Source: a virus (taxonomy: Duplodnaviria; Caudoviricetes). From it: DNA of 64,000 nucleotides. A program made the translations under genes and the position numbers. Within the stretch, counting starts at the first letter, position 1; each line of letters starts with the position of its first letter. The notes beneath the pieces are model-generated. The model was given only the letters and a program-made list of their open reading frames with translations, ran no database searches and was not told the DNA's origin. This document shows, in pieces, positions 9,206 to 18,859 of this stretch. The stretch covers positions 292 through 64,291 of IMG/VR virus record IMGVR_UViG_3300010234_000009. One strand, given 5' to 3'.

Positions 9206-11671
9206 TTAGGATGGGGTGTTTCTGATTCTTCGCTTGCGCCAGAGGTGGAACAAGTTTCGTTTGAATTTGTTGGGGAGTCCACCAGCCACGTAAACGGTCG
9301 CCTCGTGTGCGCCAATGGTGTAGTTGTCACCCACCGGGCGAGACACGCCCACGATGTCATCGGTGACTGCCACAATGGTCTTGCCTGCGCCGTCGAGTGG
9401 ACCGCCGGTGATAGGCCGCATGTCTGATCCCTCGATGTCCACAACCGACGTTGCGGCTGTAGCGTTCAGGACGTTGTTGCTTCCGAGGTAATCGTCGGCG
9501 GTGTCGTCATGCGAAGCGCAGTTGTTTAGCGTGGTGGTGCCGGTCGATCCGATAACGGTGTCAATACCAGGACCATCGCCTTGGTTCACTGCGTAGCAGT
9601 TCTCAGCAAGAATCGTGCCGGTTCCATTACGCAAAAAACGCAGCGCACCTAGAGTGTCACTGTCACGTACAATCGTGCAGTTTGAAAGGGTCTGGTTTAA
9701 GCCGGATAAAATGTGTCCGGTGTAAAAACCAGTCCGCATTATGCAGTTACGCCACGTAAAGGTGTGGGACACCGCACTGGTACACAGATTGGTAACTCCC
9801 AAAACGTAGGTTTGAAGTATCTCCTCAAATGTCAAAACGACCGGATCGGCATTGTTGCTTGGGAGAGTCATCGCACCCTGAAGGTGCAGACCTCGCACCG
9901 TCAGGTCGCCTATGGCGCCGAACCCAGCGGAGATGGAAAAACTGCCGGTAGAGAACGTGCCACCACTGATACCATCGTGCCCATTGCCGACCGCAACCTC
10001 GATCACCAGTGATGAGGGGTCTGTGTCGTTGAGCGTGAGAGCGCCTAAGTCTCCCCCCTCGTAGCACGTCCATGTCCGTGCTCCTGCGCCTAGGTCTGCC
10101 TCTGCTGTTGCGAAGTCAGCGTAATCCCGGCCTCCCGTAGCGCCGACTGTGACCGAAGCATCACCCGATGTCTCCACAAATAGCGACGGACGGAAACCCG
10201 CACTGACTTGCTCCACGAAGCTGACCGTTATGGTATTGACCCCGGTTGGTGCGGAATTGTCCGTGTCCCGGGAAATCGCGGTCGTGATCTTCGTGAACCC
10301 GCTCCCTTTGGCGATGATGCTGGTGTCAGTGAGGGGAATGTCCTCCTGGTAACCCGGCGTACTTGACAACGCAATCGAGTCAGCAATCGACGTGTAGCTC
10401 AATGGCTCGTGGTCGCCAACGGCAAGTGTGCTGCTGGCTGCCATGTCGCCTTCGAGGAAGTCCACATCTACCGAGTCGGTGTCGGTGATGCCCCCGAAGG
10501 AAAGCGTCAGAGTCGCACTGTCGATGGTTTCCGAAGCACCGATGCTGCTGGTGTCGAATGGGAAGTGGCAGCGTTGGATTCGGAAGTCTGCCCCGACGTC
10601 GCTGGCCTCAATCTGTCGGGAAGTGCCCTCGTGATCCACCGAGTCAGCGTCGTTGGTTCGGCATGTCGCGAATGTCGCATCATCCTTCCTTGTGTACCCA
10701 TCACCCGCCTCGGACCCGATGGTGTAGCTTGACCGCCCGATCTTGCCGGGGATGATCCCCGCACCATCTTTTCCGAAACGCGCAACCGATCGGGCGATGT
10801 CGGCAGTCACTCCCTTGAGCGGATCGACTGTGCCATCCACTCCCATTGAGGGATTGATCAGCGTCAGGCGTTCAATGTCCACCGTGCCGGTCTTGCCGAA
10901 CCCTCGCTGGTTCTCGCCTTGCCACGCCTGCAGGTAGACTTCGACGCCCTTCCCTTGGATCAACCGCACCTTGTGAATCTTGATCTCCAGGCCAGGGAAG
11001 CCTTCAACGCCGAAGCGACGGCGCGTAATCCCCTCCAGCACGGTTGCAGCAACCCTCGCTGCAAGTGGCTTGCGATCTGCCTGCGATGCTGCCGCCCAGC
11101 GAGACGAGAGGTTGTTCAGGTTGTCGTAGGCTGGTTTCTTCCTGTAACGATTGCCTGCCGTTCGATGTGGTTTTATGCGCGGCCGACGAGGGTTGCTCAC
11201 CCGGTCTTGCTCCTCATCGACAAGGGTTCCACCGTCACTAGCGGAAGGTAGTCCCCGGTTGTTGAAGTTGAGGTCTGAGAAGTTCACCCGGGGAAGTCGC
11301 TTGCGAGTATTGAAGTCTGCTTCCAACACGCCGGCGTTGACCAGCGAGGCCAGGGCGAGCCGCTTGCGTGAACGTCGGCGCTGACGTCGTTCCTTCGACC
11401 CATCGGGTAGAGTAACCTCCTCGGTGACCTGATACGGGTAAGCGACGATGTCGATGTCGTTGCGCAACATGTACGCCTCGAGGTCGTCGTCTTCCCATCC
11501 CTCGACAATCAGCATCGAGTTGCGGGCGTTGCGATTGGAGTCACTGGCAGGATCACCGTTGCGGCCAGGTCGCCCCCGGGTCGATAGGTGTACGCTGATC
11601 ACGTCACCTGCGCCGAAGTTGACGTTGGTGCTCTTGCCTATCCGTCGGTCGATGTATGCGCGAAGTGTCAT
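9206..11671 (-). CDS. Large virion appendage/tailspike-like protein; basic N-terminus, beta-rich C-terminus (possible beta-helix)
   Basis: 821 aa. C-terminal repeats of the type NCIMR/NCTIV/NCYAV/NCASH resemble pectin-lyase-like beta-helix rungs. Confidence 0.5.
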   Translation of the reverse strand: MTLRAYIDRRIGKSTNVNFGAGDVISVHLSTRGRPGRNGDPASDSNRNARNSMLIVEGWEDDDLEAYMLRNDIDIVAYPYQVTEEVTLPDGSKERRQRRRSRKRLALASLVNAGVLEADFNTRKRLPRVNFSDLNFNNRGLPSASDGGTLVDEEQDRVSNPRRPRIKPHRTAGNRYRKKPAYDNLNNLSSRWAAASQADRKPLAARVAATVLEGITRRRFGVEGFPGLEIKIHKVRLIQGKGVEVYLQAWQGENQRGFGKTGTVDIERLTLINPSMGVDGTVDPLKGVTADIARSVARFGKDGAGIIPGKIGRSSYTIGSEAGDGYTRKDDATFATCRTNDADSVDHEGTSRQIEASDVGADFRIQRCHFPFDTSSIGASETIDSATLTLSFGGITDTDSVDVDFLEGDMAASSTLAVGDHEPLSYTSIADSIALSSTPGYQEDIPLTDTSIIAKGSGFTKITTAISRDTDNSAPTGVNTITVSFVEQVSAGFRPSLFVETSGDASVTVGATGGRDYADFATAEADLGAGARTWTCYEGGDLGALTLNDTDPSSLVIEVAVGNGHDGISGGTFSTGSFSISAGFGAIGDLTVRGLHLQGAMTLPSNNADPVVLTFEEILQTYVLGVTNLCTSAVSHTFTWRNCIMRTGFYTGHILSGLNQTLSNCTIVRDSDTLGALRFLRNGTGTILAENCYAVNQGDGPGIDTVIGSTGTTTLNNCASHDDTADDYLGSNNVLNATAATSVVDIEGSDMRPITGGPLDGAGKTIVAVTDDIVGVSRPVGDNYTIGAHEATVYVAGGLPNKFKRNLFHLWRKRRIRNTPS

Positions 11672-12459
11672 TATCCGTAAGTCACTCCCTTACCGTTGTT
11701 GAACAAGGCCAGAACCTCAGCGTCGGTAAACGCTCGGTCGCTGTAGACCGCTTCATCTGTGTCGCCGTTAAATCCGGCGTTGCGGTCGTTGTCGCCAATA
11801 CCAAACCTCTGCGTCGTGTTCTTCACGGTTGCGGCGTTGGCGCTGTTGCTCCCCGTGCTGTGAATGGTGGTGCCGTTCTCGTCGCCCAAGAAGACCGTCA
11901 TCAGATTCGCCTGCTTGTCTTGGTCGGCATCCCATATCAGCGCAATGAAATACCACACTCCCACCTCAATCGAATCGACTGCTGACGCCAGCAAAACCTC
12001 TACGTCTGTGTTGCTGGTGAGCCTCCAAAATAAGCGGGAACTGGATCGAACAACTTCCCACTCTCGGTCGCCAATTGCCGCTCCAGTCTTGCCGAAGATT
12101 CCTTCCGTGCCGCTGACGGTGTTTGGCCTGAACCACCCAGCACACGAAAACTCATCGTTGGGGCGGTCCAGCCAGGTGTCGTCGTTGTAGAAGTTGGTGT
12201 GTGAGCCAACAGCACCTCGGATATGTGCGTCGGAAAACCCGCTGGAATTGCTGTAACTGTCTGGACTGCCGGCAGACAGGTCATCGAAGACAGGTACACC
12301 ATCATCGAGAACGTAGTCCCACCACACGCAGTCTGTGACGTCAAAACCGATGTCGGACGTGGTGGCAATGCCTCCACGCTTGCGCCTGCGAATAGCGTCC
12401 GTCACGAGCATACGACGGAACCGACTGCGTCCGGTATCTGAGCCTTTGCCTCGTGGCAT
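11671..12459 (-). CDS. LamG/concanavalin-A-like lectin domain protein
   Basis: FSCAGWFRP...WYFIALIWD...FNGDTDEAVYSDRAFTDAEVLALFNNG is a typical LamG signature. Confidence 0.75.
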   Translation of the reverse strand: MPRGKGSDTGRSRFRRMLVTDAIRRRKRGGIATTSDIGFDVTDCVWWDYVLDDGVPVFDDLSAGSPDSYSNSSGFSDAHIRGAVGSHTNFYNDDTWLDRPNDEFSCAGWFRPNTVSGTEGIFGKTGAAIGDREWEVVRSSSRLFWRLTSNTDVEVLLASAVDSIEVGVWYFIALIWDADQDKQANLMTVFLGDENGTTIHSTGSNSANAATVKNTTQRFGIGDNDRNAGFNGDTDEAVYSDRAFTDAEVLALFNNGKGVTYG

Positions 12460-12461
12460 GA

Positions 12462-13130
12462 CTAACCTTGCTTGTAGGACTCGGGAGTTTTGATGGAGTT
12501 CTTCTTTGCCCCGTGCTTCTCGACTGCCATCGAGATAAGTTCCCGCTTGGACTTGCGGCGCAACTCGGGATTCTCAGCCGCCATCTTCTTCGCTGCGGCT
12601 AGAGCGATGTCGTCACCCAGTCGCTTAGGCTGGGGTGGAGGGGCTTCCCGGCCCTTGACGTTGACTGCGCCCTCGGCCGACTGACCACGGGACTCGAGCA
12701 CCTTCTGTACGTGACCACGTCCACCCGTTGACGGGATGAACGCCTCGGGGTCACCCGGGAAGCGAGCGAGCGCAGGGTTGTAGAAGTCATTGCGGCTGGG
12801 CTTATACCCGTGCTGCTTCGCAACCTTGAGTCGCAGTGCCAGGTCTTGATCCGAACCCTCGAACTGCTTGCCGAGGTCACCAACCCCGTGGAAGAATTCC
12901 CGATCGGTCATGCACTTGGGTGCCTGCTGCAGCGCACACATATGGGCAAACTTGAGCGTAGCGCCCGTATCGAGACTGCGATAGAACATCACCAGGGCGT
13001 CGGCCGCGACGACCTCGTCAATCATCATCGCATCGTGCGGTGAGAACTTGCGGGCAATGGATTCGCATGTATCGACGTCGCCATCGAACAAGGCTTCCAC
13101 GTAGATTTTCAGGGCGGAGTTACTGGTCAT
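12462..13130 (-). CDS. Hypothetical protein
   Basis: 222-aa ORF, tightly coupled within the operon. Confidence 0.6.
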   Translation of the reverse strand: MTSNSALKIYVEALFDGDVDTCESIARKFSPHDAMMIDEVVAADALVMFYRSLDTGATLKFAHMCALQQAPKCMTDREFFHGVGDLGKQFEGSDQDLALRLKVAKQHGYKPSRNDFYNPALARFPGDPEAFIPSTGGRGHVQKVLESRGQSAEGAVNVKGREAPPPQPKRLGDDIALAAAKKMAAENPELRRKSKRELISMAVEKHGAKKNSIKTPESYKQG

Positions 13131-13133
13131 GGC

Positions 13134-13751
13134 TTACGCGATTGCCTCCAATGCGGCCTTGCGGATTTCACGGTAGTACAAACGAATTTTTAATGGACTG
13201 TTTCCAGTGATCCACTCACCACTTTGGATCGTCACCTCGAACCCACCATTGTCAACAAGCGTGCTCGTCGTGATAGCTTCCCCGCCCTTCGGTCCCACCC
13301 ACACCAGCGCATCGGCGGTTCCATCGAACAGCGAACCGTCCGCTGACTGGCTAACCTCGGCACCACCCGACAGGTTTTGAATGACCAGGTCTTCGCCGGC
13401 ATCGTCGGCATAGGCTGCCGAGTTGTAGTCGAGAAACACATAAGCCCCAAGGAATTCGGGATACACACCGGAACCTACGGCACTAAGGACCGTAATCGGG
13501 GTGGCGTTCAGAGCCAGAACCTCTGACGTTGAAACGATCTTGTCAACTGACTTGATGACACCGATGTCGTTCAACTCGCTGTTGGAGTCAAGAACGATCG
13601 CCTTGCTTGCCTCCGAGGTGCCGGGCGTGATGGCATCCAGGTACCCCGCTTCGGCTGCATCAAGACTGGCGATGGCGTCCATCACTTCGTTGGCGTAGGA
13701 CGTGCCGATAGCCTTCATTAGTGCGCGTCGCGCTTCTTGTGAAATACTCAT
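13134..13751 (-). CDS. Hypothetical virion protein
   Basis: 205-aa ORF whose start overlaps the portal stop codon. Confidence 0.6.
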   Translation of the reverse strand: MSISQEARRALMKAIGTSYANEVMDAIASLDAAEAGYLDAITPGTSEASKAIVLDSNSELNDIGVIKSVDKIVSTSEVLALNATPITVLSAVGSGVYPEFLGAYVFLDYNSAAYADDAGEDLVIQNLSGGAEVSQSADGSLFDGTADALVWVGPKGGEAITTSTLVDNGGFEVTIQSGEWITGNSPLKIRLYYREIRKAALEAIA

Positions 13752-16018
13752 TTACTTGCTCCGTTGCTTGAGGGTTGTTTTGCCGCTTTCGCCCGGGTTA
13801 TCGCTTCCATCTGTTTGATCCGGTTCATGCCCCGTTCCATCGACATCTTGAGCGTGTGCTCTTGCTCTGCCTGCGTCATATCGAGGCGGTGCTGCTGCTG
13901 ATCCTGCGTCATCTCTTGCGAGTGCTCGGACTGATCCATCTGCATGGCATCGACGTTCTTCAACCGCTCAAGCTGCATCTTCGCCTGCGTCTCAGCCTGC
14001 TTGCGCTGGACGCCTGCTTCCATCTCAGCCTTCTTGAGCGACTGCTGGAACTGCATCTGTTGCTGTTGCATCTGCATCTGCTGCTGCATCTGCTGACGCT
14101 GCATCTCCATCATCTGCTGCGGATCGGGCTGCGGTGGTGGCTGCAGCATCAACTCCTCGACATCCATGTCAGACGCTTCGCCCCATTTGCGCATCAAACC
14201 GTTGAGCGTTTGCACCTGCCCAGTCTGGAGGGCGTACTGCGATAACGCTTGGCCGAACTGCTGGCCGAACGAATTGATATTCGCGACGTCCCGATCTTTG
14301 TTCGGACGCCTGGTGCTGCCGGCCGCGATGGAATAAGTCATCTCTCTGACCACCAATTCCACGTCGGTAGCCATGATGTTTTCCTCCCAAGCCTGCCGGC
14401 CAAAGGGACCAAACAGCGGCTCGACCGAAGCGCCATCAACAAAGAATCGAGTGCAGAACGCCTCGCGCCGCGCGGTGAGTCCCGAGAACCTTTCCACCAC
14501 GCTTGCCATCTTTTCGGGTCGCACGCTGACGTTGCGTTGTTTGGTGACCATCTCCTCGGCCGTGCGAGGTTGTGTGCCGCCGGGGTTCATGCCGTAGAGC
14601 AAGTCCGTCAGCCCGACACGCTTGTCGAATATGTCGCTGATCGCCGCGATGATCTGCCACACATCGAAGTTTGTTTGCGGCTGCTGCAGGAAGTCGATGT
14701 TCTCCCGAATCTGCCCGCTGCCCATCTTGTTGTATTTGAGGATTGCTTGATCCCCACCGTTCTCCAGAATCTCCCGGGCTTCCTCGAACATCGAGGCTTC
14801 CACTGCGATGATGTCCCGGCTGCTCGACCAAATGCGGTTAGCGAGGTGACTGATCATCACGTTGAGGAACTTCAATTCACCGAGGCCCGGTGCCAGTGGA
14901 GGCTTAGGCCACAACTCACCCGGTACCGGATAGAAGTCCAGCAGCGTGAAAGGCCAGGCGTCATCGGTCCAGGTTGGTACCGGCCAGGAATACATCGCCC
15001 GTACTTCCAGGTCATCGGCGCCAGCGTAGAACTTCTCGGTTGGTGCGTTGAGCGGGTAGGGCACCTCGGGGGAGATGACCATGTAGGCGTGTTTGCCGAC
15101 CACGTCCTCCAGTCGTTCCGCTACCGCAGTCTCCACGCCGCACATCCGCGATCCGACGCCGGCCTTGGAGAATATCTCGTAGTATTCGATCAGGTCGTTC
15201 GTCATGCCTTGCGCACGCTTCTGACCTGCTAGGGGGTCTTCCAGTCGTCCACCAACGCTATGGGTACTCTCGAGAGTGCCGCGATCCTTGAGGGAATTCT
15301 TCGGCAGCTTGAATCGTTCCTCGACGACCCACCACGGTTGCACCCAGCGAACGGCAACCCATGACGCCTCATCCACGCTGGTACCGTCGGGATCAATGAA
15401 CAAGTCATCGACGGTTTTCCAGAAGCATCCGGTCAACGTCTTCTGCGAACCGGGCATCTTGTACGGCTTAGGCCAGAGGATAGAACGCCCCTTGATGAGC
15501 GCTTCTGTCACTGCCATTTCGCCGTGAGTTTCAAGCCCACCCCCGGGTTGTTCCAGGGGTGTGTAGTTCAGCCACATCTCCATCATGTTCGACGTGATTT
15601 CATCAACGGATCGCTTCTGTGCCATCTGTTGTTGAATCTGCTGCATCATCTGCTGCGCACGTGGGTCTTGCATGTTCCCCCCGAAAAGTCCGGGGGGGAC
15701 CATCAACTGACGCTTCGGTGTCACAGTTCGATGCGGCACGTTCGACCACAACGTCGGCCCAAAGATAGCAACCAGTTCAAACGCCTTCGCCAACGTGATC
15801 ATGAAGCGAGGCGCTTCCATGGCAGACGACCAAAACTTCCCCTCGTACTTGCTGTCCCACATAAAGCCAGTGGGTTCGCCGTAGAACGCTTGGCACTCTT
15901 TGGCTTCCTCGGCCCAGCGGTTACGCCCTCGACGCGCAAGTTCAATCTTCCCTAACCACCCGTTGACGAGTGGCCGGAACATTTCATGAGGGATGTAGGA
16001 GTGTTCGTTTGCCAGCAT
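13748..16018 (-). CDS. Portal protein
   Basis: 756 aa, close downstream of the terminase large subunit. Long Gln-rich coiled-coil C-terminus like the P22-type portal barrel; GLTDLLYG and TAEE motifs. Confidence 0.75.
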   Translation of the reverse strand: MLANEHSYIPHEMFRPLVNGWLGKIELARRGRNRWAEEAKECQAFYGEPTGFMWDSKYEGKFWSSAMEAPRFMITLAKAFELVAIFGPTLWSNVPHRTVTPKRQLMVPPGLFGGNMQDPRAQQMMQQIQQQMAQKRSVDEITSNMMEMWLNYTPLEQPGGGLETHGEMAVTEALIKGRSILWPKPYKMPGSQKTLTGCFWKTVDDLFIDPDGTSVDEASWVAVRWVQPWWVVEERFKLPKNSLKDRGTLESTHSVGGRLEDPLAGQKRAQGMTNDLIEYYEIFSKAGVGSRMCGVETAVAERLEDVVGKHAYMVISPEVPYPLNAPTEKFYAGADDLEVRAMYSWPVPTWTDDAWPFTLLDFYPVPGELWPKPPLAPGLGELKFLNVMISHLANRIWSSSRDIIAVEASMFEEAREILENGGDQAILKYNKMGSGQIRENIDFLQQPQTNFDVWQIIAAISDIFDKRVGLTDLLYGMNPGGTQPRTAEEMVTKQRNVSVRPEKMASVVERFSGLTARREAFCTRFFVDGASVEPLFGPFGRQAWEENIMATDVELVVREMTYSIAAGSTRRPNKDRDVANINSFGQQFGQALSQYALQTGQVQTLNGLMRKWGEASDMDVEELMLQPPPQPDPQQMMEMQRQQMQQQMQMQQQQMQFQQSLKKAEMEAGVQRKQAETQAKMQLERLKNVDAMQMDQSEHSQEMTQDQQQHRLDMTQAEQEHTLKMSMERGMNRIKQMEAITRAKAAKQPSSNGASK

Positions 16019-16024
16019 GGGTCA

Positions 16025-16531
16025 CTATTCCTTCGCGGGTGTGGGTTCCGTGTTGCCGCCCGTGTCAGCCTCGAGCCTCTGAGCGCTGGCTGCGGCTGCT
16101 GCGGCTTGATCCTTCTGCTTCTGCAGTTTGATCGCTCGCTCCCGATCGATTGCGTCCTGCTCGGCCTTCCGTCTTTGAGCCGCTTCTTTCAGCTTGCGAC
16201 GGTGGTGGTTGTAGGCGTGTACCGGAACCTTGTTGAACCGCCAATCGAAGCCCCCGTTGTGAGGCATGTTCTTGTGCTGCCTCTTGTCGGGGTTGCCGAC
16301 CCAGTTGAGATTCCGGTGAGTCATTGCCGCCTTCGATCCGTGAAGGACATACGCAGTCACTCGCCCCGGGCCTTCAATGACCGTCACGAAACCGACCGCC
16401 GGCGTCGTGCTGGGGTCACCATTGGAGTACCACCAAATGCGGTCGCCAATGTCGGGTGTTGGCAGCACGTCAACCTCATACGGGTCTTCCTGCTGTTCAA
16501 CTTCTTTGTTCGCTTGTTTGGCCTTCGCCAT
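16025..16531 (-). CDS. Hypothetical protein
   Basis: Likely start at ATG 16531 (MAKAKQANKE...), downstream of the terminase stop; lies within track ORF 16025..16633. Confidence 0.6.
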   Translation of the reverse strand: MAKAKQANKEVEQQEDPYEVDVLPTPDIGDRIWWYSNGDPSTTPAVGFVTVIEGPGRVTAYVLHGSKAAMTHRNLNWVGNPDKRQHKNMPHNGGFDWRFNKVPVHAYNHHRRKLKEAAQRRKAEQDAIDRERAIKLQKQKDQAAAAAASAQRLEADTGGNTEPTPAKE

Positions 16532-16548
16532 CGCTTTACTCCATCGTG

Positions 16549-18264
16549 TTAAGGACTCGGAATAGGTGGTCCCAAATTGATGCTTTTTGATCCGTGTTGC
16601 TGGCCGGCGGTGTGCTGGTTGTAGAAGTCCCAAAACGCTCGCAGTTCCGGAGGCATGACGGTTTGCTCGGCGTTGCCGGGAACAAACGTCGGGTCGGACA
16701 TCACGGCGTACTCCATACAGTTCATCGCATGGTTGTTGGCATCTACCGGCTTGTCGGTGAAGTCTTCCTTGGTCACAACACGCTTGTACTTGGTGAATTC
16801 GTCTTGAGTGTTGACGGTGCGGTCGAGGACGAATCGCAGCTTCGGACCATCGTTCTCTCGCACCTGCAGCCAGCTACGCACCTTGGTGGTTCGTGCGCCG
16901 ACGTTGTCGCTGCCAGGCAGGAAGTGGTTGCCAGTCTGCCGGCACTCGAGGTGGTACTTGCGGAAGGCCGCGACGTACTGCTCACCGATAGTCGGTCCAC
17001 CCGACATAGGCGTTTGCCGGGCGGCTCGGTTGTCGATGACGAACTGCTCAAAGAACTTGCCGCCGCAACGGGTAGCAGTCTCTCGAGCGACGTCGTTGCA
17101 GCTTGCGTTATGGAGATAGATTTCATCCTCACACACCATCACGTCGCCACACTCGCCATCGGGCGGGATAGCGAAGATCAGCACGGCCGCAGTCGCGTAC
17201 CCCGGGTCAAGGTAGAGATACCGGGTCCAGTGCAAGGGCAGCTTGCGCCCGTTGTTGATGTAGACCTTCGTTAGCTTGTCGTCCGGAATCATCGAGGGGA
17301 CGCCATGCAGTTCGGGATTGAACGAGTACATCAGGATGCGGTCGAAGATGAATTCACCGTAGTCACGAGCGCGTCGTTCCTCGGGCGTTGACATACGGTC
17401 AACCGCTTCATCCTTCGACTCGGGAGTGATGTACGGGTTGTCGCTCATCCTCAGTTGAGTCTCGTGTACCTTCTGTTGTTCCTCGGGCAAGTCCTTCTGC
17501 TTCTCGGCACGTTTGTGCATCTCGAGCAAAGCGGTGTTCGTCGAGTGAGGCCACACCGACCACAGCATGTAACCGCGGTTCGTGGACAAACGGTCTTGCC
17601 ACTCTTTCACGTGCTCGGAGAACCGGATGTCTTCATCGATCCATATGATGTCAACAGCGTCACCCTGCTTAGGCTGCGGTGCCGTAGAGGGGAAGGCGTA
17701 GAGCATGGTTCCGTTGGTGAGTCCGCACTGGGTCCAAATCTTCTCCCGCTTGCTTTCCCAGCCCCACTTCGACGGATCGATCAGGCGGGGAGGAATCAGG
17801 GGCGAAGACGGTTTGACCTCGTCACGGCGTTCGGCGTGGTCTGGAATGTTCTCGTTCCAGATAACCCACTTGCCGGTGACCTTGTCGCGGATCAGCTTGA
17901 GCAATCCCGGCATGAACAGAGTCTTGTAGAGCGTCTGTCCAATGTGCTTTTGATCCCAGCCAATGACCCACGCCAACAACGGGCGATCGGTTGGGTACTT
18001 GATGTCGAACTTGGTTTCCCCGTCGGTCATGGTGATCGGGATACCGGTGACCGCCGATGCAAACTCAAGCGCAACCGAGATGGTCTTTCCCGACCGCTTT
18101 CCCCCACGCACGATGCGTTCGTGCGCAGGGGAGCGGTGGAAAGCTACTTGAGTATCCAAAGGGCGATAGACCGAGAGAGGTTCCCGGTCCATTGCGTCGA
18201 GGGCATGAATGGTTTCCTCGAGGCGCTGAGACTTCTGCTCAGGCGTCAAGAAGACATTCGCCAT
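16549..18264 (-). CDS. terL: Terminase large subunit
   Basis: Walker A VRGGKRSGKT, Walker B IIWIDED, RNase H-like nuclease motif YLYLDPG, C-terminal NHAMNC. Start chosen just after the stop of the upstream gene. Confidence 0.9.
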   Translation of the reverse strand: MANVFLTPEQKSQRLEETIHALDAMDREPLSVYRPLDTQVAFHRSPAHERIVRGGKRSGKTISVALEFASAVTGIPITMTDGETKFDIKYPTDRPLLAWVIGWDQKHIGQTLYKTLFMPGLLKLIRDKVTGKWVIWNENIPDHAERRDEVKPSSPLIPPRLIDPSKWGWESKREKIWTQCGLTNGTMLYAFPSTAPQPKQGDAVDIIWIDEDIRFSEHVKEWQDRLSTNRGYMLWSVWPHSTNTALLEMHKRAEKQKDLPEEQQKVHETQLRMSDNPYITPESKDEAVDRMSTPEERRARDYGEFIFDRILMYSFNPELHGVPSMIPDDKLTKVYINNGRKLPLHWTRYLYLDPGYATAAVLIFAIPPDGECGDVMVCEDEIYLHNASCNDVARETATRCGGKFFEQFVIDNRAARQTPMSGGPTIGEQYVAAFRKYHLECRQTGNHFLPGSDNVGARTTKVRSWLQVRENDGPKLRFVLDRTVNTQDEFTKYKRVVTKEDFTDKPVDANNHAMNCMEYAVMSDPTFVPGNAEQTVMPPELRAFWDFYNQHTAGQQHGSKSINLGPPIPSP

Positions 18265-18265
18265 G

Positions 18266-18859
18266 TTAGTCGGCGTCTGCGTCATCGCTCTCCTCGGGTT
18301 CATCGGGAGATGGCGCGAGGGTCGATTCGATGAGGTCTGCGTCTGACATCAACAGATATGCCAATTGCTGAGACAGTTCTTCGCGACTCATCTTGTCGAT
18401 GTCTGGAGCGCTATCCAGGTGTTCCGTGGAACTGACAATCAGCTTTTCCAATTGCTCATAACCACGCATCACCCGGGCAGAACCACCGTCATCCTGTTCG
18501 GCGTTCTGCAATGCGCCGAGCCGGCGTCGTACCAGTTCTTTGACTCCACCCAACTGCTCAATTATTTCCTGCACGTACTCCGTAACGTGGGGCACGTTGA
18601 GGCTGTTCTTGGCAGTTGCGTGGATCATCTTCTCGGCGACTGCGGCCAGATCGTCGAGTTTCTTTTCTTTACGCTCGGCCAGTTCTTTGATTTCCAGCGA
18701 CTCCGAACAGGGCAGGCAAGCCTTGCTGTCCTCGTGGAATTCGTTCACCGGCTTTTGCTTCAAGCACCCCAAACAAAACCGGTGACCGGGCATAACTTCC
18801 GGCGCACCAATCAACTCATTGACCGCATCAATGTCTGCTTGTGAGGCTAACTTGCTCAT
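18266..18859 (-). CDS. Putative terminase small subunit (N-terminal CxxC...CxxC)
   Basis: 197 aa helical protein immediately upstream of terL. Assignment is positional. Confidence 0.5.
   Translation of the reverse strand: MSKLASQADIDAVNELIGAPEVMPGHRFCLGCLKQKPVNEFHEDSKACLPCSESLEIKELAERKEKKLDDLAAVAEKMIHATAKNSLNVPHVTEYVQEIIEQLGGVKELVRRRLGALQNAEQDDGGSARVMRGYEQLEKLIVSSTEHLDSAPDIDKMSREELSQQLAYLLMSDADLIESTLAPSPDEPEESDDADAD

Noticed and set aside
13775-14245. CTG/CAG-rich repeats in portal, scaffold and vWA genes as repeat elements
   Set aside because: Explained by Gln-rich low-complexity protein coding.
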